A DNA stretch of 64,000 nt from a virus. The stretch is taken from the IMG/VR virus record IMGVR_UViG_3300020220_000041, one strand, 5' to 3'. Position 1 is the stretch's first letter, and the number at the start of each line of letters is the position of its first letter. A model generated the notes under the pieces. The model saw nothing but the letters and a program-made list of their open reading frames with translations, was not told where the DNA came from and made no database searches. Made by a program: the position numbers and the translations under genes. Below are positions 43,857 to 52,730 of this stretch, one piece after another.

Positions 43857-44444
43857 ATGTCGCTTCGCAACGTGATGTACTGGTTCAACCAGGTTCCCCT
43901 CGTCCCCCGCTTCGTGGGTCGGGGGAAGTCCCGGCGCGAAGTCGAGTACAACGGGCCGACCCAGGCGGCCATCCTCGTCCGGGACGGCTCCCTCGTCCAC
44001 ATCGACTTCAAGGTGCCGACGGACCGTGCCCGAGCCGCTGCGACCTGGGAGCAGTACGTGGGTCACGTCATCCTCGTCCCGGCCTCGGGCCAGTGGAGCG
44101 GCGAGGGTCCGCATCCGATCCAGCCCTCGTGGACGGTTCGGGTGAGCGGCTTCAACACGCCGGAGGAGGCCGCCTCGGCTCTCCGCCGCGACATCGCCAA
44201 GGCGAAGGCGGACGAAGAGGCCATCCAGGGGGACCCGGCGGCTCACCTCGAGCGGGAACTGGCGGGGCATGACTGGACGGCAGCCTACAGCGACTCCCCC
44301 GGGGTGAGTTCCGCAGCGGACCGCCACTGGAGCATCATCCAGGCGCTTCGGGCCAAGGTCGCCCCCGAGGTCTACGAAGCCCTCCTGGTGAAGTACAACC
44401 CGTGGCTCAACGGACAGGTTCAGGAGACGCCCTCTCCCGCGTAG
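43857..44444 (+). CDS. Hypothetical protein
   Basis: 195-aa ORF. Confidence 0.5.
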   Translation: MSLRNVMYWFNQVPLVPRFVGRGKSRREVEYNGPTQAAILVRDGSLVHIDFKVPTDRARAAATWEQYVGHVILVPASGQWSGEGPHPIQPSWTVRVSGFNTPEEAASALRRDIAKAKADEEAIQGDPAAHLERELAGHDWTAAYSDSPGVSSAADRHWSIIQALRAKVAPEVYEALLVKYNPWLNGQVQETPSPA

Positions 44445-44456
44445 TCGCTATAGAGG
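44415..44456 (+). promoter_or_regulatory. Conserved promoter-like motif: AGGTTCAGG-N14-GCGTAGTCGCTATAGAGG
   Basis: Embedded in the 3' end of the upstream gene. The TAG stop lies inside the GCGTAG. Confidence 0.5.
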
Positions 44457-44463
44457 TGCAAAC

Positions 44464-44655
44464 ATGAAGCGTCATCTGGAAGCTCGCGTTCATCGGACCC
44501 GGGGAGGTCATGCCGCCAACCTGGTCCTGGCCCGCATCGAGGAGATGTCGGAGGCAGAGGCGGAGCAGTGGTTCCGCCTCTTTCAGAACGTGGAGGAGGA
44601 CGCGAAGCGAGATGGAGAGCGGAAGGGCGCTCGGGAGCCCTGGCGTCGTTGGTGA
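44464..44655 (+). CDS. Small hypothetical protein
   Basis: 63 aa. Confidence 0.4.
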   Translation: MKRHLEARVHRTRGGHAANLVLARIEEMSEAEAEQWFRLFQNVEEDAKRDGERKGAREPWRRW

Positions 44656-44712
44656 TCTGCCTCTAGTTCGGTAGGGTGAGAAGTAGAACCCACCCATAGC
44701 AGGATTCCGGTC

Positions 44713-44931
44713 TTGGCTTCCGACGATCTGATCGAGGTAGAGGGCGTCGTCACCGAGGTATTTCCGAGCGGCAAGTTCATGGTGACGCTAGACGGAGAAC
44801 GCACCGTGATCGCCCACCTGGGCGGGAAGCTCCGGCAATTTCGCATCCGGGTGGTGCTCGGGGACAAGGTGACGGTAGGGTTGTCCCCCTACGATCTGAC
44901 GCGAGGTCGGATCACGTACCGCCACAAGTGA
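44713..44931 (+). CDS. infA: Translation initiation factor IF-1
   Basis: LIEVEGVVTEVFPSGKFMVTLDGERTVIAHLGGKLRQFRIRVVLGDKVTVGLSPYDLTRGRITYRHK aligns along its full length with the bacterial IF-1 S1-like fold. TTG start with an AGGA RBS. Confidence 0.75.
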   Translation: MASDDLIEVEGVVTEVFPSGKFMVTLDGERTVIAHLGGKLRQFRIRVVLGDKVTVGLSPYDLTRGRITYRHK

Positions 44932-44938
44932 GGTCGCC

Positions 44939-45133
44939 GTGAACGCCTGGACCATCGTGCCGAAGGGGGAGGGGGACTTGTCCTTCCGCGTGGGTTTGAA
45001 GCCCGGGGAGAAGCAAGCCATCGAGATGACCTTGTTCACACACCCCGAGCACGCCAAGGCCGCCTGGAAGAAGCTCCCGAAGGCCCAGCAGGTGCTCTCC
45101 GAGGTCATCCAGGTCGAGGTCTCGGTACGGTGA
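44939..45133 (+). CDS. Small hypothetical protein
   Basis: GTG start. 64 aa. Confidence 0.4.
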   Translation: MNAWTIVPKGEGDLSFRVGLKPGEKQAIEMTLFTHPEHAKAAWKKLPKAQQVLSEVIQVEVSVR

Positions 45134-45181
45134 AGGGACCCGTGGGGGTTCAGGAATTCGGCCCTTCGGCGTAAGGGGGGC

Positions 45182-45946
45182 ATGAAGAACGACTCCCTGG
45201 GCGACCGCATGAAGCGGTACGAGTTGGCTGGACGACAGCTTCTTGTGCCTCGAACCCCGGTCATCGCGCGCATCGACGGTAGGGCCTTCCACACCTTCAC
45301 GAAGGGGTGTGCTCGTCCCTACGACGAGGATCTGCACGCCTGTATGTGGGAAGCAGCCAAGGCGGTTGCGGCCGACATCGCGGGTTGCCGGCTGGCCTAC
45401 GTCCAGTCGGACGAGATCAGCCTGCTCCTGGTGGACTACGAGTCGAACGCCTCCCAGGCGCACTTCGACTACGAGGTGCCGAAGCTGACCTCGACGGCGG
45501 CGGCCACGGCGTCCGTGACGTTCCTCGTCGAGTTCCTCAACCGGTTCCCGGACCGTCGGGACCGGCTCATGTCGAAGCGGGGGCTCCCGACGTTCGACGC
45601 GAGGTTCTACAACGTTCCTCGAGAGGATGTGGACAACTACTTCCTGTGGCGACAGCGGGACGCGGAGCGGAACTCGCTGACGATGCAGGCCCAGGCGCAC
45701 TACTCCCACAAGGAACTTCACGGGAAGTCTCGTGCGGAGAGGCACGACCTCTTGCACGCCAAGGGCATCAACTGGAACGACCTCCCCACTCCTCGGAAGC
45801 GGGGGGTGTGCGTGGTCCGCGAGACCTATCAGAAGGGGGAGGGCCTGCGCTCTCGGTGGACTGTGGATGAGGACATCCCGATCTTCTCGACCCCCGAAGG
45901 CCGTCAGTACCTCGAACGCTTCGTGAATCCCCCTGCTTCTTCGTGA
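45182..45946 (+). CDS. Thg1-like protein (tRNA-His guanylyltransferase family, 3'-5' nucleotide addition)
   Basis: VIARIDGRAFHTFTKGCARPYDEDL and AYVQSDEISLLL match the Thg1 catalytic carboxylate motifs. Confidence 0.65.
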   Translation: MKNDSLGDRMKRYELAGRQLLVPRTPVIARIDGRAFHTFTKGCARPYDEDLHACMWEAAKAVAADIAGCRLAYVQSDEISLLLVDYESNASQAHFDYEVPKLTSTAAATASVTFLVEFLNRFPDRRDRLMSKRGLPTFDARFYNVPREDVDNYFLWRQRDAERNSLTMQAQAHYSHKELHGKSRAERHDLLHAKGINWNDLPTPRKRGVCVVRETYQKGEGLRSRWTVDEDIPIFSTPEGRQYLERFVNPPASS

Positions 45947-46386
45947 ATGGAGGTCTCGTGCAAGCCCACCTTGATGTGCCAGAGGAGTTCTGGCAGGCCC
46001 TGTACAAAGGCACCGTCCTCTGGGACGACCGGTCTGGGGCTTCCATCTGTCGATACGCGCTCCACGAACTCTACGTGGACCTGTTCGTCGACACGACGGG
46101 CCTTCAGCCGCCCGCCGAAGGTCCGCCCAAGGGCACACGCCACCTTCAGGTCAAGGCACAGTCTCCCGAGGAGGAGAGGCGGTGGGAGGCGTTGATTGCC
46201 CGCTACGGCTCGGGGTCGAAAGCCCTTGGAGTCGCGGTGCGGCATCTTCACGACTCCCTCTACTACGTCGATCCCTCACAAGAGCCGGAGCCGGAGCCCG
46301 CGAAGGTGACCTCGAAGGAAGTCTCCCAGTGGCGGAAGAAGCGGGCTGTGTCGAAGAAGGTTCAGACCGGCAGGGGTCGAGCGTAG
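45943..46386 (+). CDS. Hypothetical protein
   Basis: GTGA overlap with the Thg1-like stop. 147 aa. Confidence 0.45.
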   Translation: MNGGLVQAHLDVPEEFWQALYKGTVLWDDRSGASICRYALHELYVDLFVDTTGLQPPAEGPPKGTRHLQVKAQSPEEERRWEALIARYGSGSKALGVAVRHLHDSLYYVDPSQEPEPEPAKVTSKEVSQWRKKRAVSKKVQTGRGRA

Positions 46387-46399
46387 GGGGTGTAGGAGG
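46357..46399 (+). promoter_or_regulatory. Conserved promoter-like motif: AGGTTCAGA-N14-GCGTAGGGGGTGTAGGAGG
   Basis: Full copy ending in the RBS of the 46404 gene. Confidence 0.5.
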
Positions 46400-46403
46400 A
46401 GCG

Positions 46404-46769
46404 ATGCCCACCACAACCCCCACGACGATCGAGACGGACGGCAGGCTCCTGAAGGACATCTGTGCGGACATCCGTGCTGTCCTTCAGGCCGAGGATCTTC
46501 TCGACGACAGCTTCGGGCTGGCCCCGCTCATCGGCATGGACAGCGCGCAGTACAACAGCCGTCGTTGGCCGACCCGCTATCAGTGGGTGTCGGTGTTCGT
46601 CGTCACGGGCGGCTCGGAGGGGCACTACCTCCACGTCGAGATCATCACCCCGCCCACGAACCCGCGAGAGCAGGGTCCTCGTGAGATGGTGTTCCTCGCC
46701 AAGACCTTCATGGGTTGGGACTACGCCTGGCGTCAGGCCAAGCGCGTAGCCGAGCTTTTGGGGGCGTGA
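46404..46769 (+). CDS. Hypothetical protein
   Basis: MPTTTPTTIETDGRLLKD..., with an AGGAGGA RBS. Confidence 0.5.
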   Translation: MPTTTPTTIETDGRLLKDICADIRAVLQAEDLLDDSFGLAPLIGMDSAQYNSRRWPTRYQWVSVFVVTGGSEGHYLHVEIITPPTNPREQGPREMVFLAKTFMGWDYAWRQAKRVAELLGA

Positions 46770-47155
46770 TGCGCGGAACCCGCAAGGACTACGTGAGGCC
46801 CACCCGGGTCGAGGTGATGAACCTCATCCAGGCGTTCTTCGACGCCCCTCAACGGGAGTCGAAGCGCGGTGGGTTCGCCGAGGTGCTGGAGGGCGACAAG
46901 GACGAACTCGACGCCCTCATCCTCGCTCTCGTGAAGTACCGATACGAGCCAGACTCCGACGGGGACCGCCCGATCCGGTGGTCCCTGTGTGACTGGACCC
47001 GCGAGGAGCCCGGACACTACGTCAACCTCCCCAGGCTCGAGGACGACTGCTCGAACGGAAGCAAGGTGCTCGACCGGGCCCTCCTCAACCTCGCCCACGC
47101 GAACGAGGCCGTGCAGCAGGTCCACCGGATGATGAAGTTCCGGGAGGAGGGATGA
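46766..47155 (+). CDS. Hypothetical protein
   Basis: GTGA overlap. 129 aa. Confidence 0.45.
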   Translation: MMRGTRKDYVRPTRVEVMNLIQAFFDAPQRESKRGGFAEVLEGDKDELDALILALVKYRYEPDSDGDRPIRWSLCDWTREEPGHYVNLPRLEDDCSNGSKVLDRALLNLAHANEAVQQVHRMMKFREEG

Positions 47156-47397
47156 CTCCGTTCTACGTCTACTTCTACCGTGGGGGCCGGGATGCCTCGG
47201 AGCAGTTGGTCATCGTCCCCGAGGAGACGTTCAAGGCGCTCTGGCCGCATCGGGACGCTCTCGACAGCACCTACAATGTGCCGCCCGACGTGATGAACAT
47301 GGCCGAGGGCTTGCTCAAGCTCCCGCACGTCGATCTTCGGGAGTCCGAGTACGAAGACATCCCCGACGATCACTTCATCCGCGTCACCCTGTACTAG
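47152..47397 (+). CDS. Hypothetical protein
   Basis: ATGA overlap. 81 aa. Confidence 0.45.
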   Translation: MTPFYVYFYRGGRDASEQLVIVPEETFKALWPHRDALDSTYNVPPDVMNMAEGLLKLPHVDLRESEYEDIPDDHFIRVTLY

Positions 47398-47406
47398 AGG
47401 CCGGTC

Positions 47407-48021
47407 ATGTCCTTGTTTCTCACCAATCTCCGAGAGGCTCTTCGCAACGCAACGGTGGACGAGATCGTGGAGGCGTTGGCCTCGGCGGAGGAGCATCGTC
47501 CCGGGCTCGCCTACGAGGTGGGGATTCGCCTGTGGGAGCGGGATGTCTCGAAGGAGTTCCCCGGCCCGAACCCGTTCGACCACAACCCGAAGTCGGCGGA
47601 CAGGGGCGCGGTGCTCGCTGTGGCCTATGACCCGGCTCGTCGAGAGGAAGCCATCACGGGCTACCGCATCCTCTGCAACAACCCGATCCCCAGCTACGAT
47701 GAGAACGACCCGAAGTGGTTGAAGGCCCCGAAGGCGGAGCGTCGAGCCGCCAAGAGGGCTGTGGAGGAGTGGGCCCTGCCGAACCGCGACCGGGCACCCG
47801 TGTTCATCGCAACCCTCGACCAGGCGATGTCGGACACCAACATCCACCACAGGATCCGGGTTCACACCTACACCGATGCCCCAAGGAGCCGTGCCGAGGC
47901 CGAAGCTCTCCAGGCGAAGTGGGCCATGTACGGCGTCGTGACCATCATCGAAGGGTTCGAGGAGCCGGACAGGAGCCATCGACGGTCGATGCGGGACCTC
48001 TCTGCGGGCCCTGTCGGGTAG
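47407..48021 (+). CDS. Hypothetical protein
   Basis: 204 aa. Confidence 0.5.
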   Translation: MSLFLTNLREALRNATVDEIVEALASAEEHRPGLAYEVGIRLWERDVSKEFPGPNPFDHNPKSADRGAVLAVAYDPARREEAITGYRILCNNPIPSYDENDPKWLKAPKAERRAAKRAVEEWALPNRDRAPVFIATLDQAMSDTNIHHRIRVHTYTDAPRSRAEAEALQAKWAMYGVVTIIEGFEEPDRSHRRSMRDLSAGPVG

Positions 48022-48029
48022 GGGTCACC

Positions 48030-48647
48030 ATGAACAAGAATCTCAAGGTCGCCGAGCAGATGCTAGGCGAGGTCAGCGCGAACTGGTCGTGTCGGAGCAA
48101 GGAAGACTTCTTGGCGGCTGTCCGAGCCGCCTCGATGCTCTTGGACGGGTACGAACCCGTGGCCCTTCCCACAGACCCCTGGCTTCGAGCCATGGCTCCG
48201 AAGCCGGAAGAGGCGCGAAGGGTGCTCCAAGAGCCCCTCTCCCGGAATCCGGACGACCTCTACAAGTCCAACCTCATGGAGGTGGTCGGTCGTGCCCTGG
48301 GCTTCTTGCGGGGGTACGAACTGCCCAAGAACGTGCTTTCCAAGTACAAGTGCTCCTTCTGCGGGGCTTCCCACGTCAAGCTCTGGCGGGGCATCGGCTC
48401 AGCCCAGGAAGCCTGGTGCTCGAAGTGCGCGATGGCTCAAGCGGGTTTCCACGACACCATCGACGACGAGGGGATGCACATCGCGGAGTTCTCTGGACGG
48501 GCGGATGGGCGTTCGGACCAGATTTACAACTCCAAGAAGGGTCAGAACCTGCTTCCGTGGGTGCCCGCTCCCGATGGGGAGACGTGGGGCTACACCTCGG
48601 TGCCGCCCGAGGGTTGTGAGTGGTGGCGGGCCGTTCCGACTCGGTAG
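48030..48647 (+). CDS. Hypothetical Cys-containing protein
   Basis: Internal ATG of the track ORF. MNKNLKVAEQMLGEV...CSFCGASH...CSKCAM. Confidence 0.5.
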   Translation: MNKNLKVAEQMLGEVSANWSCRSKEDFLAAVRAASMLLDGYEPVALPTDPWLRAMAPKPEEARRVLQEPLSRNPDDLYKSNLMEVVGRALGFLRGYELPKNVLSKYKCSFCGASHVKLWRGIGSAQEAWCSKCAMAQAGFHDTIDDEGMHIAEFSGRADGRSDQIYNSKKGQNLLPWVPAPDGETWGYTSVPPEGCEWWRAVPTR

Positions 48648-48651
48648 TCGA

Positions 48652-49326
48652 TCAGGAGAACGCCCGGAACGTCACCGAGATCCGCCGCTTCTTGAACCGT
48701 GCAAAGTGGGGGACCTCGTGTGTCACCGCCAGGTTGGTCTCCCACGGCAGTATGACCACGTCTCCGTGCCCCACCTCCAAATCGAAGCACCCTCCAGGAG
48801 CCCGGAACGGCCGTAGCCGGAACACTCGCTCTCCTCCAAGGGACATCGTGACGATCGGGGAGCCGGGGATCAGTCCGATCGTGGAGTCCCGGTGTTTCCC
48901 GATGTAGTGCTCGAGTCCCGGGTCGTACCAGTTCAACAGGGGCGCATCCAACCTCGGATGAAGTCCCTGTGCCCACTCCACGAACGGCCCCAAGGCCGCC
49001 GGAGTCGGCAACGCCTGGTTCCGCTGTCCCGAGAACACGTAGTCGCGGTGGTACGCCTGCTGCCACCTCGGAAGGTTGGTCGGCGTGCTGTACATCATGA
49101 TCGACGGGAAGTGGTCGGGATGAAGGTCCCACAACTCGTCGAAGTCGCACCCAGCCAACTCGTCGGGGATCCGACCCACCCACACCTTGTGGCCGTTCTG
49201 CACCTGGACGGCCCGGAAGTCTTTGTTGGTCCGCGCGACAGGCCAGGGCCGTTCGCCCCCAGGTTCGGGTGGCCTCAACCCAGCAAGCTGCTCCAGAAAG
49301 TCGTCTTCCACAACACTCTCCTCCAA
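48652..49326 (-). CDS. AlkB-like 2OG-Fe(II) dioxygenase
   Basis: YDPGLEHYIGKHRDSTIGLIPGSPIVTMSLGGERVFRL ... GDVVILPWETNLAVTHEV (HxD...H and the RxS context). Confidence 0.6.
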   Translation of the reverse strand: MEESVVEDDFLEQLAGLRPPEPGGERPWPVARTNKDFRAVQVQNGHKVWVGRIPDELAGCDFDELWDLHPDHFPSIMMYSTPTNLPRWQQAYHRDYVFSGQRNQALPTPAALGPFVEWAQGLHPRLDAPLLNWYDPGLEHYIGKHRDSTIGLIPGSPIVTMSLGGERVFRLRPFRAPGGCFDLEVGHGDVVILPWETNLAVTHEVPHFARFKKRRISVTFRAFS

Positions 49327-49354
49327 CCTCGGCCCACACCCTTCCTACACGTTG

Positions 49355-49392
49355 ACGGTTCAGGTTTCTCCCCCCTGCGCGTAGGTGGGGGA
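49355..49392 (+). promoter_or_regulatory. Conserved promoter-like motif: CGGTTCAGG-N14-GCGCGTAGGTGGGGGAGG
   Basis: Full copy upstream of the macro-domain gene. Confidence 0.5.
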
Positions 49393-49405
49393 GGAAGGAG
49401 CAGTC

Positions 49406-50002
49406 ATGCGTGTCACTGTCGTTCGAGGCGACATCACCCAGCAGTCCGACGTGGACTGCATCGTCAACGCGGCTCACCCGAGCCTGGAAGGTGGAGGTGG
49501 GGTCGACGGGGCCATCCACCGTGCGGCCGGACAGCGGCTGCTCGAGGAGTGCATCACCTTCCCCGAAGTGCCAGGCGACAAGGTGGGTCCGAGCACCCGG
49601 TTCGTCCTGACCCGTGACGCCCCCTGGCGTACCCGCAAGATCCGGTGCGAGGTCGGGGACGCGGTGATCACGGGGGCCTATGCCCTGTCTCCCATCCAGC
49701 ACATCGTCCACACGGTCGGGCCGCTCTACGACCCGTCGCAGCCGGTGGAGATGGCGAACCTCCTGGCCACGGCCTTCGCGAACTCCTTGAAGCTCGCCCA
49801 GGAGAATGGCTGCAAGCGGGTGGCGTTGCCCGCCATCTCGTGCGGCGTGTTCCGGTTCCCCCTGGACGAAGCCGCCAAGATCGCGATGATGGTGGCCCGC
49901 CGTCCCGAGTGGACGTTCGACGAGATCCGGTTCGTTCTGTTCGAGGAGCCGGTCTACACGACGTTCTCCGAGGCTCTGAGTTCTGTGGAAGGTGCGTCGT
50001 GA
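49406..50002 (+). CDS. Macro-domain protein (ADP-ribose binding/hydrolase)
   Basis: IVNAAHPSLEGGGGVDGAIHRAAG. Confidence 0.7.
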   Translation: MRVTVVRGDITQQSDVDCIVNAAHPSLEGGGGVDGAIHRAAGQRLLEECITFPEVPGDKVGPSTRFVLTRDAPWRTRKIRCEVGDAVITGAYALSPIQHIVHTVGPLYDPSQPVEMANLLATAFANSLKLAQENGCKRVALPAISCGVFRFPLDEAAKIAMMVARRPEWTFDEIRFVLFEEPVYTTFSEALSSVEGAS

Positions 50003-50322
50003 CCTTGAACTACCGGGACCTGGAAGGCCGGACGAGGACGGCAACGTGGGCCGAGGTGTTCGAGTCCGCCAAGCGGATCCAGGACTTCTTCACGGCGGTG
50101 CGGCACAGGTTCGTCGAGCGGGACGAGCAAGAGGTGTGTGTCTTGTGGGCTGAGGAATCGGGCTGCTCCGGTGGCCCCCGGAACGATGTTCGGAAAGTGG
50201 GTGGCTCTCTCGGAAGGTCCACCTTCAGCGAACGGTCGGCAACTCCTCTGTCGATGTGCGTGTGGGACCGAGAAGCTCGTGGGCCTGAAGGCTTTGGAGA
50301 GTGGCAAGAGTGGCAAGTGTGA
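49999..50322 (+). CDS. Hypothetical protein (extent uncertain; overlaps the next HNH gene)
   Basis: GTGA overlap with the macro stop. The first ~60 aa are protein-like and the remainder may be read-through. Confidence 0.3.
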   Translation: MTLNYRDLEGRTRTATWAEVFESAKRIQDFFTAVRHRFVERDEQEVCVLWAEESGCSGGPRNDVRKVGGSLGRSTFSERSATPLSMCVWDREARGPEGFGEWQEWQV

Positions 50323-50689
50323 GGCTTGCCGTGCTCATTTTCGAGATTGCGGGGTTCACTCCACCACCTGGAGCCGAATCGTCTCGAACGCCAAACGTAG
50401 GGGACTACCTGTCACCCTCACCCCCAACGAAGTCTGGGACCTGCTGGTTCAACAGGAGTTCCGATGCAGGTTGTCGGGCTTGCCTATCCAGGAGCGCGAA
50501 AACGCCTCACTGGATCGTATCGACAACACCAAGGGCTACGTCGCCGGCAATGTGCAGTGGGTCCACAAGGACATCAACAGGATGAAGAACACGCACACGC
50601 AGGCATACTTCACGGACCTGTGTAGGGCCGTGGCAGAGGTTTCCCATGCGACAGATGTTGGACAGGTTGCTGCTCGGCGCACAGCCTGA
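50186..50689 (+). CDS. HNH endonuclease (AP2-HNH type)
   Basis: SLDRIDNTKGYVAGNVQWVHKDINRMK. Confidence 0.65.
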   Translation: MFGKWVALSEGPPSANGRQLLCRCACGTEKLVGLKALESGKSGKCEACRAHFRDCGVHSTTWSRIVSNAKRRGLPVTLTPNEVWDLLVQQEFRCRLSGLPIQERENASLDRIDNTKGYVAGNVQWVHKDINRMKNTHTQAYFTDLCRAVAEVSHATDVGQVAARRTA

Positions 50690-51941
50690 CCTGAAAGAAC
50701 TCACGAATGTCTTTGGGGATGCCGTCCCCGCCCTTCACCGGCTGGACGCGACTCCGCAGGATCCGGAATGGCATGGGGAAGGTTCGGTCGGAACGCACAC
50801 CCAGATGGTGCTCGACGAACTCTATCGGGCTTTCGATACGGATATCGGAAAGTCGATATCCCCCGTCGTCCGGCGGGAGTTGATCCTCGGGGTCTTGTTC
50901 CACGACGTGGCGAAGCCCTGGACGACCCGACGGATGGAGATCCGGGGAGTCGAGCGAGTCGTGGCTCCCCGCCATGAGTCCCAGGGGCGGTCCATCATCG
51001 CTCCGGCCCTCGTGGACGCGGGGCTGCCCTGGGAGAGTCTGTGGCACGTCATGGGCATCGTGGGGAGCCACCAGGAACCGAAGCTCCTGGTCGTCAAGGA
51101 CAAGCCTCCGGGCGAGTACAAGCGGCTCTCCCGCAAGGTGGACCCGTTCCGCGTCACGTTCATGGAGCAAGCCGACATGCGGGGGCGCATCTGCCCCGAT
51201 CTCCCGAAGCAGTTGGAGCACCTCGAGATGTTCCTTCTGGGGGCGGAGGAGTACGCTCCGACTGGGTGGCTGGAGGAGTGGCGGGCGCACTTCGCCGAAC
51301 TGACGGTAGGCCGTCCCACTGCGTTCCGGGACCGGGTGTTCGGCGAGGCTATTCGAGCCGTGGAGGAGGGCAAGATCACGACCCTCGAGGAGGGTGGGTT
51401 CCTCGTGTTCCAGGAGAACCCAACGCCTCCCGAACTCGTCGTGCTCTGCGGCCCGAGCGGCAGCGGGAAGTCCACGTTCATCCAGAAGCACCTCCCCGAC
51501 TACGAGGTGGTGTCCCTCGACAACCTCCGGGAGGAGATGTCGGGCGACCGGGCGGACCAGACGATGAACGGCCAGGTGCGGCAGGAGGCGCAGTTCCAGT
51601 TGAAGGCGGCCCTCCGGCCAGGTCGGAAGGTCGTGTGGGACGCGACGAACCTCCGCAAGGACTTCCGGTCGATGGTGTGTGCCACGGGGTTCGACTACCG
51701 GGCGCTTGTCACCCTGGTCGTCATCCACCTGAAGCCCGAGGATTATGCCGCTCGCAACCTGAAGCGAACCCAGGCGGTGCCATCCAAGGTGCTATCCTCG
51801 CAACTTGAGGGCTGGGAGTACCCAGACGTGGACGAGGCTCACCGGATGCTCGTACTCGACGGCACGGGTCATGTTCGCGGGGCGTTCGGGTTCACCGAGG
51901 GCTTGCCGTGGGGACTTCAGGCTGCCGGGGGGCGAACATGA
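50646..51941 (+). CDS. HD-domain phosphohydrolase fused to P-loop kinase (polynucleotide kinase/phosphatase-like RNA/DNA end-healing enzyme)
   Basis: HGEGSVGTHT...LGVLFHDVAKP (HD), then VVLCGPSGSGKSTF...VVWDATNL (Walker A and AAA_33-type kinase). Confidence 0.6.
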   Translation: MRQMLDRLLLGAQPDLKELTNVFGDAVPALHRLDATPQDPEWHGEGSVGTHTQMVLDELYRAFDTDIGKSISPVVRRELILGVLFHDVAKPWTTRRMEIRGVERVVAPRHESQGRSIIAPALVDAGLPWESLWHVMGIVGSHQEPKLLVVKDKPPGEYKRLSRKVDPFRVTFMEQADMRGRICPDLPKQLEHLEMFLLGAEEYAPTGWLEEWRAHFAELTVGRPTAFRDRVFGEAIRAVEEGKITTLEEGGFLVFQENPTPPELVVLCGPSGSGKSTFIQKHLPDYEVVSLDNLREEMSGDRADQTMNGQVRQEAQFQLKAALRPGRKVVWDATNLRKDFRSMVCATGFDYRALVTLVVIHLKPEDYAARNLKRTQAVPSKVLSSQLEGWEYPDVDEAHRMLVLDGTGHVRGAFGFTEGLPWGLQAAGGRT

Positions 51942-52261
51942 CTCGAATCGAAGGAGTAGGCCCCCTCCTCGACATCCTGAAGGTGTCCGACGCGGAGGTT
52001 CACAGCGCGTTCCGGGTCGGGTCGTGGGTGTACGGGTGTGCCACGGAGTCCTCGGACGAGGACTTCCTGGTGGTGCTGCATCAGGGAAAGAGGGACCTCG
52101 TGTTCCGGCCCGGCATCAACATCACTGTCCACACGGTCGAGTCGTTCGAGGCGTCGTTGGCGGGGCACTCGATGTTCGCGCTGGAGTGTCTGTTCGCCCC
52201 AAAGGAGGCTCAGATGCAGGTATCCGAGGTTCATCTGCTCCAAAGAACGGTCTGGGCCTGA
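51938..52261 (+). CDS. Minimal nucleotidyltransferase (Pol-beta-like NTase fold)
   Basis: GSWVYGCATESSDEDFLVV (GS...DxD). ATGA overlap. Confidence 0.55.
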   Translation: MTRIEGVGPLLDILKVSDAEVHSAFRVGSWVYGCATESSDEDFLVVLHQGKRDLVFRPGINITVHTVESFEASLAGHSMFALECLFAPKEAQMQVSEVHLLQRTVWA

Positions 52262-52472
52262 CGCTTAAAGTATCAGGCCGGGCCGTGTTTCCAGCCTTGC
52301 ACCAGTTTCTATATGACGGGGCTACGGTGTGGATGCCTCGTAAACGTGCCCTCGTTGAGCGTGCGGTTCTTCAAGAGCCGAACCACGTTCAGACGAGTGA
52401 CCACTGGATGCACTCGGCCATTGTCCCCAATCGGCTTCGTGGGTAGCGTCGCACCTCCAATGGAGGTGCGAC

Positions 52473-52706
52473 ATGCCTGCTGACCCTTACGTTGAGCTAC
52501 GAGCCTTTTGGGACAAATGGGCCTCCCTTCAAGCCGAGCATGCCTGGCGTATATACCGTTCGGGAGAACTCACACCCAAGGTCGAAAAGGTAGTTATGAA
52601 CGCAGCAACAGGTGTGTTCGAGGTGACCTTTGCAGGAGGTGACGTGTATGTCGTGGAGCCGTCGGGGATGGGGCGGGTGCATCACCGACCGCCTCATTCC
52701 GCGTAG
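52473..52706 (+). CDS. Small hypothetical protein
   Basis: 77 aa. Confidence 0.4.
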   Translation: MPADPYVELRAFWDKWASLQAEHAWRIYRSGELTPKVEKVVMNAATGVFEVTFAGGDVYVVEPSGMGRVHHRPPHSA

Positions 52707-52730
52707 AGACCTCCACGGAGGACACCCACT

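Noticed and set aside
52262-52446. A possible small gene in the lower-GC patch after the NTase gene
   Set aside because: Only a ~37-aa frame with a weak start is available. It is more likely a spacer or regulatory region.
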